64,000 bases of DNA from an uncultured delta proteobacterium (GCA_963808625.1 CAWEHK010000038.1:1-64000), one strand, 5' to 3'; positions 12,352-23,000 are shown, counted from the first letter of the stretch. Program-made: numbers and translations. Notes: generated by a model not told the origin, from the sequence alone.

Positions 12352-12957
12352 CTACAATTTCGGATCGGCTCCCTCGGTTGGCAGCCTGCTCGCTTCCTCC
12401 AACCAGAGGTTGCTGAGCTCAATCTCGATATCCTGAAACGGTTCGGCCCGGACCTTGTCATCTTCAGCATACAAGCCGGCCACCACCCAGGTGCCCGATT
12501 CGAGCCGGAAAACTTCCAGGGTCCTGGCTGCAGGATCAATAAGCCAGAAATATCCTACTCCGTGTTTCCCATAGAGGGGCATCTTCCTGATCTTATCCAC
12601 ACGGATGGTGCTGGGTGAGAGCACCTCACAGACCCAATCCGGAGGAACAGCAATCCAATTGGTCTCTTCATCCGTGGGAAATCGTTCCTTTCTCCATCCT
12701 GCCAGATCAGGAACCATAATATTTTGTCCGAGCTTGATTTCCGGCTCATAAAGAATGATCCATCCACCGGGTCCGCCACCGCGTCCGAACTGGTATGGCG
12801 GCATTACCTCAGCCCCCAGCACTGAGCCCGCATACACATGTTTCCTGGATGGTCGCGGGGTGACGATCAACTCCCCGTCAATGATTTCTCCGGTCATGTT
12901 CTCAGGAACACTGTACAGGTCGTCGTATGTCGCCTGCTTTCTTGCCAGCTCCGCCAT
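12352..12957 (-). CDS. Uma2/DUF820-family endonuclease
   Basis: GEIIDGELIVTPRP, PDLAGWR, PDWVCEVLSPST, YFWLIDP. Confidence 0.9.
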   Translation of the reverse strand: MAELARKQATYDDLYSVPENMTGEIIDGELIVTPRPSRKHVYAGSVLGAEVMPPYQFGRGGGPGGWIILYEPEIKLGQNIMVPDLAGWRKERFPTDEETNWIAVPPDWVCEVLSPSTIRVDKIRKMPLYGKHGVGYFWLIDPAARTLEVFRLESGTWVVAGLYAEDDKVRAEPFQDIEIELSNLWLEEASRLPTEGADPKL

Positions 12958-13042
12958 GTCGAGCCTCCTTCAACTTTCTTGCCGCTTCTCTCTGACATTC
13001 TATCAGGATCCGGAGAGAGTCAACAACCTTCAACTGCGCATC

Positions 13043-13259
13043 CGAATCAAAACCAAAGGAGGGCGGGTCTTTCAACTTCGTACCCGCAGGGCGGGCACCC
13101 AGGTGGTGGTCAACCTCCGAATCAAAACCAAGGGAGGGCGGGTTTTCCAACCCGCCAGGTGGCTTTTGTCCATACCAGGTTCGTCACTTCCTCCGCAATG
13201 AACCAGCCCGCCAGGTGGTCTCCAGAGTCATCTGCGGCGGGTTGGAAAACCTGCCCTCC
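13043..13259. repeat. REP-like cluster GGAGGGCGGGTTTTCCAACCCGCC (two direct, one inverted copy)
   Basis: cgaatcaaaaccaa(a/g)ggagggcggg occurs twice; inverted ggcgggttggaaaacctgccctcc at ~13236-13259. Confidence 0.75.
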
Positions 13260-13397
13260 GTTAATGACGCAGGGCCTTGCCAGCCGGTAAATTCCAAGAG
13301 TTATCAAAGACTTCATTTATTGACGATATAAATGATGTGTGCTATCCGGGTATAATTGCAGTCGCCGAAGACTCTTAACTATGGGTGAAATCAATAC

Positions 13398-13502
13398 TTG
13401 ATGGTCTCGTAAAAAGTCCGTTTTGCCAAAATCGAACCTAGTAATTTCCATGCGTTACGATGGCTTAAGGTGCCATTTTTCGACTTTTTACGAATTCATC
13501 AA
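13398..13502. mobile_element. MITE-like element with terminal inverted repeats
   Basis: ttgatggtctcgtaaaaagtc ... gactttttacgaattcatcaa (near-perfect 21-bp inverted repeat). Confidence 0.6.
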
Positions 13503-13655
13503 TGCTTACTTCACCACGAAATACACGAAATATCCGAAAACTCAGCAGGTCAGCAGTGATATATTTCGTGTTTTTCGAGTGTTTCGTGGTTTGAAATGGG
13601 CTCAGAACGAGAGCATGTAATTTCTGGACGGATCTTTAGTCGAAAGGATTTACCT

Positions 13656-16600
13656 ATGGCCAAAGGGCGGCAAGCGAAACCCCAGGACAAAGAACCTGAG
13701 ACTTCCGTTATTGAACAGAGCGTCCGGATCATCACCGTGTTTGTCTCCTCCCCATCCGATACTTCGGCCGAGCGCGCGGTGTTGGAAGAAGTCTGCAAGT
13801 CAATCAACGACACCGACGGGCAGACCGGCGGGTTCCGCTTGGAGCTGTTCCGCTGGGAGCATGACGTGGCGCCAAAGGTCGGCCCCGGGCCGCAACCCGT
13901 TGTCGACGAGCAGACTCCGATCTACAACATCTACCTGGGGATCATGGCTACCCGCTTCGGGACGCCGACGGGTCGTTACGGCAGCGGCACGGAGAAGGAG
14001 TTTCGAGACGCCCTGGAGAGTTGGAAAGAGGCCGGCTCGCCGTGGATCATGTTCTATTTTGACGCCTCTCCAAAACTGACCGGCGATCCAGAACAGGCGA
14101 AACAGTTCGTGCGGGTCTGTAGATTTCGAGCTGAATTGGAGAAGCAGGGGATCTTGGCAACCTACTCGGAAGTGCGCGGCAGTGCCGCCGGATTCTTCGA
14201 GCAAGTCTCGATCCACCTGCGACAGATTGCGCAGCGCCTGCTACAGCAACAGGAACCCGAGCCGGGCCGCAAGCGCAAGAAAACGTGGCGATCAAAACCC
14301 ATCATTCCGCCTGCATACATCTCCTGGCTCCTCGGCTAGTGCGGTGAAGTGGACCTTATGGGGCTGCAGGTCAAACATGGGGCGGGTGTGCGGTTGAACC
14401 AGGTGTACACGCCGCTGGTCACCGCGATGCGACCTGACTGGCAGGGTGCTCCTCGCCGGAAGCGCGAGGAGAGAGCCTTGGTGGAAGGTCGCGAACCCGG
14501 CCGGTTGCTGCTGGATCTGCTGGCTGAGCAGTCGCTGTATGTTTCCGGCGATCCGGGTTCGGGGAAATCCACCTTTTGCCGGTGGGTGACCTGGCTCACG
14601 TGCAACGGCGCCATGCCATCCGTGGATGTGCCGCCGCCGGAACAATACCAGGAGAAATTTCCCGACCCTTTGCGCGGGCGGCTGCCGGTGCTGGTGCGGC
14701 TGCGGGACTTCTGGCCGCATCTCCCGGCTTCCGGTGCGCCGTCAATAGGTCTTGCGGGCCTGGAGCGCGCCCTGGAAAGATGGCTGTCCGAGGAAAAGCC
14801 TCCCGGCCTGGAATGGGTCAACCTGAAGGCTCACCTGGAAAACGGCTCGGCGATGCTGATGCTGGACGGCGTCGATGAAGTCCCGACCGAGCGCAGGGCG
14901 GGTGACGGCGATTGGTATCCGCGCGAAATGCTGCTCGAGGTGCTGGCCGAGGCGATCAAGCGGTGGACCAAAGCGGCAACCGGGTGCTGGTGACCAGCCG
15001 TCCCTACGGCGTGGACGCGAGCCGGCAACAGCGGCTCGGCCTCCTCCATGCTCCCATCCAGGGATTGGACCCGGAGCTGCAGAAGCTCCTGGTGCGCCGC
15101 TGGTTTGTGCGCCTCGACGAAAGCCCGGAGCGCGGCCTGGAAAAAGCCGACGCCATGATCGCTCACCTCCATCGGCGAACGCGCTCTGGATGAACTTGCC
15201 GCCAACCCGCTCCTGCTGACGGCGATGTGCATCATCTACGAGGAAGGCAAACGCCTGCCGGAGGACAAGTACGAGCTCTACAACCGCATCGTGGATACCG
15301 TCCTCCATAAACGCTACCCGGCGGTGAAGGAATCCGTGAGCCAGGTCCGCGGGCGCCTGGCCGCAATTGCCCTGGGCATGCATACCGGTGAAGGTCTGGG
15401 GCAGCAGCGCACCAACCCGGAAGCATCCGCCTCCGATCACGAAATCGACCTGCTGCTTGCAGAAGTACCGCCAGATCGATGGGTCAACGGATGAGGGGCT
15501 CCGGGATACGGTCCATGCGCGGGAGGACCTGCTCTCGAGGTCGGGCCTGCTGGTGCCGCGGGGTGACGGGCGGGCGTCGTTCTATCATCTGTCGTTTCAG
15601 GAGTTCATGGCGGCCGAACGCCTGGTCCTCGAACTTTCGAGAGCCACGGTTGTTCCAGCAGGAGTGTGAGGGCGACGGCTTTCCCAGTCTCCTCCTGGAG
15701 CGGGGGCAGGTTTCAGGCTGGCGGAACACCCTATCGTTTCTGTTCGGCTGCCTCGTGACCAAGTTCAGTCCGGATGTGGGGGCTGGACTCCTCCAGGCCG
15801 TCGTCAACCGCATGGAGATTCCCGAAGTGGACGTTTCCCAACGGGGGCAGACGGGTGGTTTCTGGAACCTGGCAATCGTCCTCGGCGACTGCCTGGAAAT
15901 TCTCGTCGGACGCAAATCAGCGGTGCCGCCGGAATTGCGCGAGTTTTTCCAGGATGTGGTGATGCGCGCCATCGAGCAGGAAATCGCGGTTAAAGATCGG
16001 CATACGCTGGCGGTGGCGTTGGGGCGCTTGGGGGATCCCCGCATTGTCAAGGATTTGCGGGTGCACGGCCATCCCGATGAGCACCCGGGTTACGTGAAGA
16101 TTCCGGCGGGAGATTACTATTACGGTGATGACAAGGAGCGGATTCACATCGATGAGCCGTTCTGGCTGTCGCGCTATCCGGTGACCAATTCGCAGTATGC
16201 GGTGTTCATGGACGAAAAGGGCTATGAAAGGCGCGAATTCTGGTCCGAAGGCGGGTGGCGTTGGCGCGAAAAAGAAAGAGTTCTGGAGCCGAGGTTTTGG
16301 CGTCATCCTGCCTTCAATGCTTCCAACCAGCCGGTGGTCGGGGTCTCGTGGTGGGAAGCGGAGGCTTTTACCAAATGGACCGGGGGAAAACTGCCCACCG
16401 AACGGCAATGGGAGGCGGCGGCGCGGGGTCCGCAGGGCTATGTTTATCCTTGGGGCGATGAGTGGGAGGATGGACTATGCAACAGCATGGAGGCTGGGCT
16501 GGGGGGCACTTCGGCAGTGGGCATATTCCCTCGGGATCGGTCGATGCCGTTCGGGGTGGAAGATATGGCGGGGAATGTGTGGGAGTGGTGTGCAGATGAG

Positions 16601-16856
16601 GTGGCCACGGTCCGGGTGATCCGGGGCGGCAGCTGGGGCTGCTCCGCCAGGGGCTGCCGGGCGGCGGACCGGACGCGGGAACGGGCCGTCCGACCGGGAC
16701 TACGATCTCGGCTTTCGTGTGGCCCCAGTTCCGTCTGGCGGGCAGGCAGGTTCCAGCAAGCCAGAGCGAACGGAGCCTGGAGTGGAGGCCGAGGGGGCGG
16801 AAGTGCGGAGCCCGCCCCCTCGCGCCGGAACGGAAGGCGGAGTGAGCGACAGGTAG
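13656..16856 (+). CDS. DGR target 1: DUF4062 - NACHT/STAND NTPase - FGE-sulfatase-like CLec domain (in-frame TAG at 14337 and indels)
   Basis: VFVSSPSD..AER, YLGIMATRFGTPT..SGTEKEF (DUF4062); GDPGSGKST Walker A and LMLDGVDEV Walker B; NPLLLTAMC; FYHLSFQEF; YPVTNSQY, LPTERQWEAAARG, DMAGNVWEWC, RVIRGGSW. Confidence 0.9.
16603..16734 (+). repeat. DGR variable repeat VR1
   Basis: Aligns to TR 18668-18798. By hand count about 12 substitutions fall at TR adenines (e.g. AAC>GGC, AAC>TGC, AGG>GGG, AAT>GAT), plus a 1-nt insertion near 16673. Confidence 0.95.
16790..16822 (+). promoter_or_regulatory. GC-rich hairpin downstream of VR1/IMH
   Basis: cgagggggcgg-aagtgcggagc-ccgccccctcg, 11-bp stem; same stem follows VR2. 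Confidence 0.75.
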
Positions 16857-16926
16857 AGGTGGAGATTGGTGGAGCAATGGCATAGTGTTTAGAGCCGAAG
16901 TTTGCACTCGTATGTCGGGCTGTTTT

Positions 16927-17016
16927 GGTGGGCACAAAAAGACTTGCCCACCCTACGATTTTGCGGAACCTTGGGCTGAGTGCAGTAGGGTGGGCACAGC
17001 TTCATCGTTCCCACCA
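16927..17016. repeat. GTAG-type REP pair (GTAGGGTGGGCAC family)
   Basis: ggtgggcacaaaaagacttgcccaccctac ... gtagggtgggcacagc...cccacc; same family near 26607-26692, 29629-29660 and 62740-62790. Confidence 0.75.
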
Positions 17017-17186
17017 AAGCTGGGTGATTATCTCCAGTACAATGAACCAGGGGGCCTCAGATCGTCATTCCCGCATGCTCCTGGCGGGAATCCAGGGCTT
17101 CGAGAAAGGTCGATGCCCCCACGGTTTGTGAGAAGTTGCGGTGTGGTCTTTTAACATATTGATATCATAAATAAATAAGCGATATC

Positions 17187-17678
17187 GTGGCCTTCAAATT
17201 CTTCATAATTCCAGTCCAGGGGTGGGAACATGCCGAGGACGAGCTGAACGCGTTCCTGCGCAACCACAAGGTCCTGGCCGTGGACCGGCGGTGGGTGGAC
17301 CAGGGGGCTAATTCGTTCTGGTCGTTCTGCGTGGATTACCTGGAGCGGGGTGCCGCTGGCGGGCCAGGCTCCCGTCAGCAGAAGGAACGCGAGAAGGTTG
17401 ATTACCGGGAGGTCCTGAGCCCCGAAGACTTCGCGATCTTCGCCAGGCTGCGCGAACTGCGGAAAGAAATCGCCCAGGCGGAAGCGGTTCCGGTTTACAC
17501 TATCTTTACCAACGAACAGTTGGCGCAAATGGTGCAATCGAAAGTGGCTACGAAAGCTGCCCTCGAGGGCATGGCCGGCGTTGGGGACGCGCGGATCGAG
17601 AAATACGGAGCCCGCATTCTGGCATTTTTGCAGCAGGAGTGGAAAGAAACGGGTGAAGCGGGCGGGAAATCTGTTTGA
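17187..17678 (+). CDS. HRDC-domain protein, DGR accessory factor
   Basis: FARLRELRKEIAQAEAVPVYTIFTNEQLAQMV...MAGVGDARIEKYG is an HRDC signature; overlaps the RT start. Confidence 0.88.
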   Translation: MAFKFFIIPVQGWEHAEDELNAFLRNHKVLAVDRRWVDQGANSFWSFCVDYLERGAAGGPGSRQQKEREKVDYREVLSPEDFAIFARLRELRKEIAQAEAVPVYTIFTNEQLAQMVQSKVATKAALEGMAGVGDARIEKYGARILAFLQQEWKETGEAGGKSV

Positions 17679-18668
17679 GCGAGTCATCGCTCGCGACAAC
17701 CTGCGCCTGGCCGTCGCCAGGGCGTTGCGTGGCAAACGGGACCGCGTGGAAGCCCGCCGCTTTGTCGCCCGCCTCGATGATCACCTCGAAAGCATGGCCC
17801 GGGAGCTTTCGGAAGGCCTGTTTCCGGTCGGAAGGTTTTCCCAGTTCGTCATTCACGATCCCAAAGAACGCATCATCACGGCGCCTTGCTTCGCCGAACG
17901 GGTCCTGCACCATGCCGTCATGAACGTCTGCGAGCCCAAGTTTGAACAGTGGCTCATCGATGACACCTACGCCTGCCGCGTCGGCCGCGGCCAAAGCGCG
18001 GCGCTTGTCCCGAGCACAAGAATTTGCACGGCGTTTTCCCTTCTTCCTGAAGATCGACGTCCGCAAGTACTTCGACAGCATCTCCCACGAGACCCTGCTG
18101 TCCCGGCTGCGGTTGCTCTTCAAAGATCGTCGGCTGCTGGACCTCTTCGAGCGGATCGTCCACAGTTTTCGCGGGAACCTTGGGCGGGGACTCCCCATTG
18201 GCAGCCTGACCTCGCAGCACCTGGCCAATTTCTACCTGGGCTGGTTCGACCGCTATGCCAAGGAGACCCTGCGCCTCAAGGGCTACGTCCGCTATATGGA
18301 TGATATGGCGCTTTGGGCCGATTCGGCTGCCACCCTCAAGACCGCCCTCGCCCTTGCCCGCGAACATCTTTGGGCGCAGCTCAGGCTGGAGCTCAAGGAT
18401 TATCCTTACATCAATCGCACGGAACACGGCATGAACTTTCTGGGATGCCGCGTTTTCTCGGACCGAATCACCCTGAATCGAGCGAGTCGCGTGCGCTTCA
18501 GGCGCAAGCTGGCGCCGGCTCGAGCAAGCGTTCCTGAGAGGTGAGATCGATGAGACCGAACTTCAGCGGCGAACGACCTCGCTTGTGGCTTTCACGCGAT
18601 CCGGCGGCGTAAAATCTTGGCATTTCCGGCGCGCAGTGCTACAAAAACTCCCGGTGAGCGACCTTTAG
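17653..18668 (+). CDS. DGR reverse transcriptase (two apparent frameshifts)
   Basis: GTG start MKRAGNLFE; DPKERIITAPCFAERVLHHAV; LKIDVRKYFDSISH; GLPIGSLTSQHLANFYL; YVRYMDD; NFLG; C-terminus ...LQKLPVSDL-TAG at 18666-18668. Confidence 0.95.
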
Positions 18669-18798
18669 GCCACGGACCGGGTGATCCGGGGCGGCAGCTG
18701 GAACAACTCCGCCAGGAACTGCCGTGCGGCGAACCGGAACAGGCACGAGCCGTCCTACCGGAGCGACAATCTCGGCTTCCGCGTGGCCCCAGCTCCGT
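18668..18798 (+). ncRNA. DGR template repeat (TR)
   Basis: AAC-rich copy of the VRs (tgg aac aac tcc gcc agg aac tgc cgt gcg gcg aac cgg aac agg...), outside any target gene and immediately 3' of RT. Confidence 0.93.
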
Positions 18799-18991
18799 GC
18801 ACAAGGTGGATTCGATTTCCATGTCAGCGCGGGTTCGAATGGTAAAGTCAAGCTCCGCGCGCAGGGTGGATGCCCAGCCGGACGGAACCGGCCGCTTTCC
18901 TGCCCCGCTTGGGCGGGCGAAATTAATGTCTGAGCCGTCCCCGTGCTGGTAGCGACCGTGAGCAGCGAGCCGCGAACGCTCGGGGCGGCCT
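18799..18991 (+). ncRNA. Putative structured 3' part of DGR RNA (spacer)
   Basis: Stem-forming segments gccccgc-ttgg-gcgggc and gccgtccccg...cggggcggc followed by ttt; position typical of the priming spacer. Confidence 0.5.
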
Positions 18992-19069
18992 TTCAATTCC
19001 AATGGTGAGATTAAGCAAACCTGTCAGGTTGAAATGTAGCAAACTCATCAGTTCCTGAAGGCAGCAGAG

Positions 19070-19919
19070 ATGAAGACACAACTCCTGAAGGAATGGCTCA
19101 AGGCCAAACATGTGGGGCAGGCTTTCCAGCCTGCCATTCACTGGCCGGAGTTCAGGTCCTTTACTAAGGAAGATCTGGGTGCGGTTGGTTTGTACCAAAG
19201 GAGGTTGCCTCACTGGGAATTGCAGGGTTCCACTTACTTTATCACTTTCAGAGTCCATGAGGGCCTGGGGAGGCCTTTGATCGGCAGCCTGAAAGATCCA
19301 GCCGACCTCCCTCAATTTCCTGCTCAGTCCAGCAAGCTGGAGAGCCAGACTATTACCCCTCAATATGATGATCAGGTTGGCAGGCTGGAAAGCCTGCTCC
19401 ACATAAGCCCGGAGTCCACAGTGTGGGGCAGGCTTTCCAGCCTGCCATCGGCCCAACTATCTTCTGAGGAACTATCCTGCTAACCAGCCATCCCATAACC
19501 AGCCATCCCATAACGAGCCATCTCATATCCAGACATCCTCCATACCGGCAACCATAGTTGAGGAAGCCTTATGGTTTGGCTACAAGAAAGGTATCTTCTG
19601 GATGCTTATGTCATCATGCCCGGACCACGTTCATCTGCTGCTCAGACCCTTGACCAATTGGAGACTTGCCAAAATCCTCAAGGGAATCAAAGGATTCACG
19701 GCAAGGGAGATCAACAGGGTCCTTGGTCGAAAGGGTCCCTTTTGGCAGGAGGAAAGTTTTGACCATTTGGTAAGGAATGATGGGGATTGGCTGGACAAGT
19801 TCGACTATATCCACAAGAATCCAGTGACTGCTGGACTGGTGGAGAGGCCGGAGGATTATCCTTTCAGCAGCTTGTGGCCATGCACAGCAAAGGCAGGCTG
19901 GAGAGTTTACAGCAGATAG
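19070..19919 (+). mobile_element. REP-associated tyrosine transposase (RAYT, Y1 HUH), disrupted
   Basis: RRLPHWELQGSTYFITFR; AYVIMP-DHVHLL (HUH); KGFTAREIN; FWQEESFDHLVR; YIHKNPV.AGLV..PEDYPFSS. Confidence 0.88.
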
Positions 19920-20019
19920 GAAAAGCAGGCTGGAAAGGCTGCTCTACATAAGGGAGTAGCTTTATCGCAGTGCAGGCCAAGATTGTTTACGGCATTGTGT
20001 CTGGAAAGCCTGCCCCACA
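19111..20019. repeat. REP family TGTGGGGCAGGCTTTCCAGCCTGCC, copies in and after the RAYT
   Basis: Copies at ~19111, 19379-19403 (inverted), 19422-19446, 19925-19948 and 20001-20019. Confidence 0.85.
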
Positions 20020-20059
20020 TTCGGGAGTAGCTTTTCGGAAGGGTATTAGGAGGGACCGC

Positions 20060-23000
20060 ATGGTAAAGCCGCCGAAACAGTTCGAGTCATCCGCATCTTT
20101 GTGTCCTCACCGGGGGATGTGGCGGAAGAGCGCGAGGTGCTGGACGAAGTGGTCGCGCGCATCAACCGGACCGATGGTCAAGCCGGGGGTTCGGCTTGAG
20201 GTGTGGAAATGGGAGACACACGTTGTTCCCCAAATCGGCCCGAAACCCCAGGGGGTGGTCGACAACCAGACGCCTGCTCACTATGACATCTACCTGGGCA
20301 TCATGAAGCACCGCTTCGGCACGCCGACGGAGCGATATGGCTCGGGCACCGAGAAGGAGTTCAATGACGCGCTGGAGCGCTGGGGAAAGGAGGGCTCTCC
20401 CTGGGTGCTTTTCTATTTCACTAAGGAAAAGGTGAACCATCATGAGCTGGATGACGGCCAGTACGAACAGTACTGCGGAAGGTTCGCATCAATTCCGCAA
20501 GAAGATTGGAGGAAATGGGGCTTCATGCGGCTTACGAGGGAGTCCGGGGATCGAACGAGGGGTTCTTTGAAAAGGTCGAGGAACATCTGCGGAAGCATCC
20601 TGCAATTGCTGGCGCCTCTTGGGCCCCAGGACGAAGACAAGCCTGTCGCCGATCCCACGGCCTACCTGCGCGATCTCCTCACGAAGACGGAATACATCGA
20701 CATCCGCGGCCTGCAGGTCGGGCAGGAGCGGGCTCATCGATTTCCCATTGAAGAGCTGTACATTTCGCTCACCACGACGCAGGCAGCGAGCCTGACGGCG
20801 ACCAGCCGATGAAAGGCGGGCGCAAAAGGGCGGACCATGGCCCGGAAATGGAACGTGCCCTTCCGCGAAACCCAGGCTTTGCCGCTGCACGAGGCGCTGC
20901 GCCATGAGCGGCTGGTCATAGTTGGCGATCCGGGTGCCGGGAAGACCACCTTCCTGCGCCGGGTTGCGCATGCCCTCTGCCAGACCGAGTTGGGCGACGC
21001 GCCCGATGCGGCCCTGGCCCGTGTCGGGATCAGCGAACGGACGTTTCCCATCCTGGTGCGGCTGAACGAATTGGATGAGCATATCTCGCGCCACCGAAAT
21101 GATCCGGCGGCTCCGACGGGGGAGGTCGCCGGCCTGGCTGCCGCATTACCTGGCGAAGACCAGCCTGGACAACAGACTGGGGGCTCGATGATGCCTTTTT
21201 CCGCCAGCAGCTGGAAGACGGCGGTTGCACCGTGCTGCTGGATGGCCTGGACGAGGCGGCGGATCGTGTTGCCCGCCAGCGACTCTCGCGGTTGATCGAG
21301 AACGTCGGCCCGGACCTATCGCGGTTGCCGCATGGTCGTGACCAGCCGGCCTGCGGGTTATACGGGGGAGGCGATCCTGCCCGATGTCGGGCATGGTCGG
21401 AGGAGCCTCGCCGGCTGGCGAGTTCGCCCGGTTTTCGCCCACGCTCGCATCGACCCGCTGTCCGACCAGGCGGTGGAGACCTTCCTTTCCCGTTGGTGCG
21501 AGGCGCTTTACGGTGAGAGCCCCGAGGCAGCGAAGCGACCACTGCTCGGAGTTGCTTTCGGCACTGAAGGCGCGGCCGGACATCCGCCGCATGGCGCGCA
21601 ATCCGGTGATGTTGACGGCCCTTGCGGTGGTGCACTGGAATGAACGCCGGCTGCCGGAGCAACGGGCCGATCTTTACGAATCGATCATCCGCTGGCTGTC
21701 GCGCTCCCGCGAGCAAAAGCCGGGACGCGAGAAGGCGGAGCGCGCCGTGGTTCTGCTGCAGGAACTGGCGCTGGCCATGCAGGACCATCCCGAAGGCATG
21801 CGCACGGAGGTCTCCAAACGCTGGGCGGCGGAAGCGATTGCCGGCGAATGGACGTCCGGAAAAGTTGACAAAGATGCCATCGCCGTTGCCGAAGCGTTCC
21901 TGGAAGCCGAGGAGCTGGACAGCGGCATTATCGTGGGCCGAGGAGAGAATGTGCGCTTCTGGCACCGAACTTTTCAGGAATTCCTGGCGGCCCGCGCCAT
22001 TGCGGCGCGCCCCGAAGCCGAAGCAGCAGGAGCTGCTGTGGAAATTGCGGCAAGACGCCTGCCCAGGCTCTACCTGCCGGAATGGCGGGAGGTCATCCTG
22101 CTGCTGGCCGGGATTCTTCACCAGCGGGGGCGGGCGACGGTTGATTATCTGGTGAAGACGATGATCAGATCGCGCAGGAGGTGAATGCTACACTGGCTGA
22201 ACAGGCGCGCTGTGCGGGTTTGATCGGCGCCATGCTGAGTGACCTGGCGCCGGTGGGGTATAGCCTCAGGACCACCAATACGAGGAGTTGCTGCATCGGG
22301 TCATGGGCATCTTCGACCGGGAGCGGTCGCAGAGCGTGCCCATCGAAACCCGCATCGAGGCGGCCGACGCTTTGGGGCAGGCGGGCGATACGCGGCTGGA
22401 TTTTCGGCCATCGTGACTACTGGGTGACGATTCCTGCGGGCGAGTTCTGGATGGGGGCGCAGGCCAGTGATCCGAAAGGTCGAAACTACGACTCTGAAGC
22501 ATACGAGGACGAAGCTCCGGTGCACAGGGTGCATTTGGATACCTATCGCATCGCCCGTTATCCGATTACGGTGGGGCAGTATCGGAAGTTTCTTGAGGAT
22601 GATGGATACAAAGAGGAGGATTGGTGGCAGGCGGGTGGATTCGGGAAGTTCTCCGAGCCAGAGAAGTGGGAAGATCAGTTGCAGTATCCCTCGCGCCCGG
22701 TGGTTTCGGTGAGTTGGTATGAAGCGGCGGCGTTTTGCCGGTGGGCCGGTTGCCGGTTGCTCACGGAAGCGGAATGGGAGCGGGCGGCGCGGGGGAGCGA
22801 CGGACGGAGATATCCCTGGGGAAATGAGGATGCTGACCCATCTCGCCTTAATTACAGCGATAGCGACATCGGTCATCCGACGCCGGTCGGCATTTATCCG
22901 CTCGGAAGCACGCCGGAAGGCATTTGCGATCTTGCCGGGAACATCTGGGAATGGTGTGCAGATTGGTATGGGGGTTATCCTGCTGAACGAGTAGCTAACC

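Noticed and set aside
16080..16734. FGE domains as maturases for the arylsulfatase at 57456
   Set aside because: They are fused to NACHT proteins, lack a conserved catalytic Cys pair after RGGS, and carry VRs; this points to a lectin-fold binding role.
17653..18668. RT as group II intron, retron or CRISPR-associated RT
   Set aside because: It is short, has no maturase/endonuclease extension, carries the SQ motif, and has an adjacent TR/VR set; this fits a DGR.
18617..18952. ORFs overlapping the TR
   Set aside because: No RBS or homology evident; the region is explained by the RT C-terminus and TR RNA.
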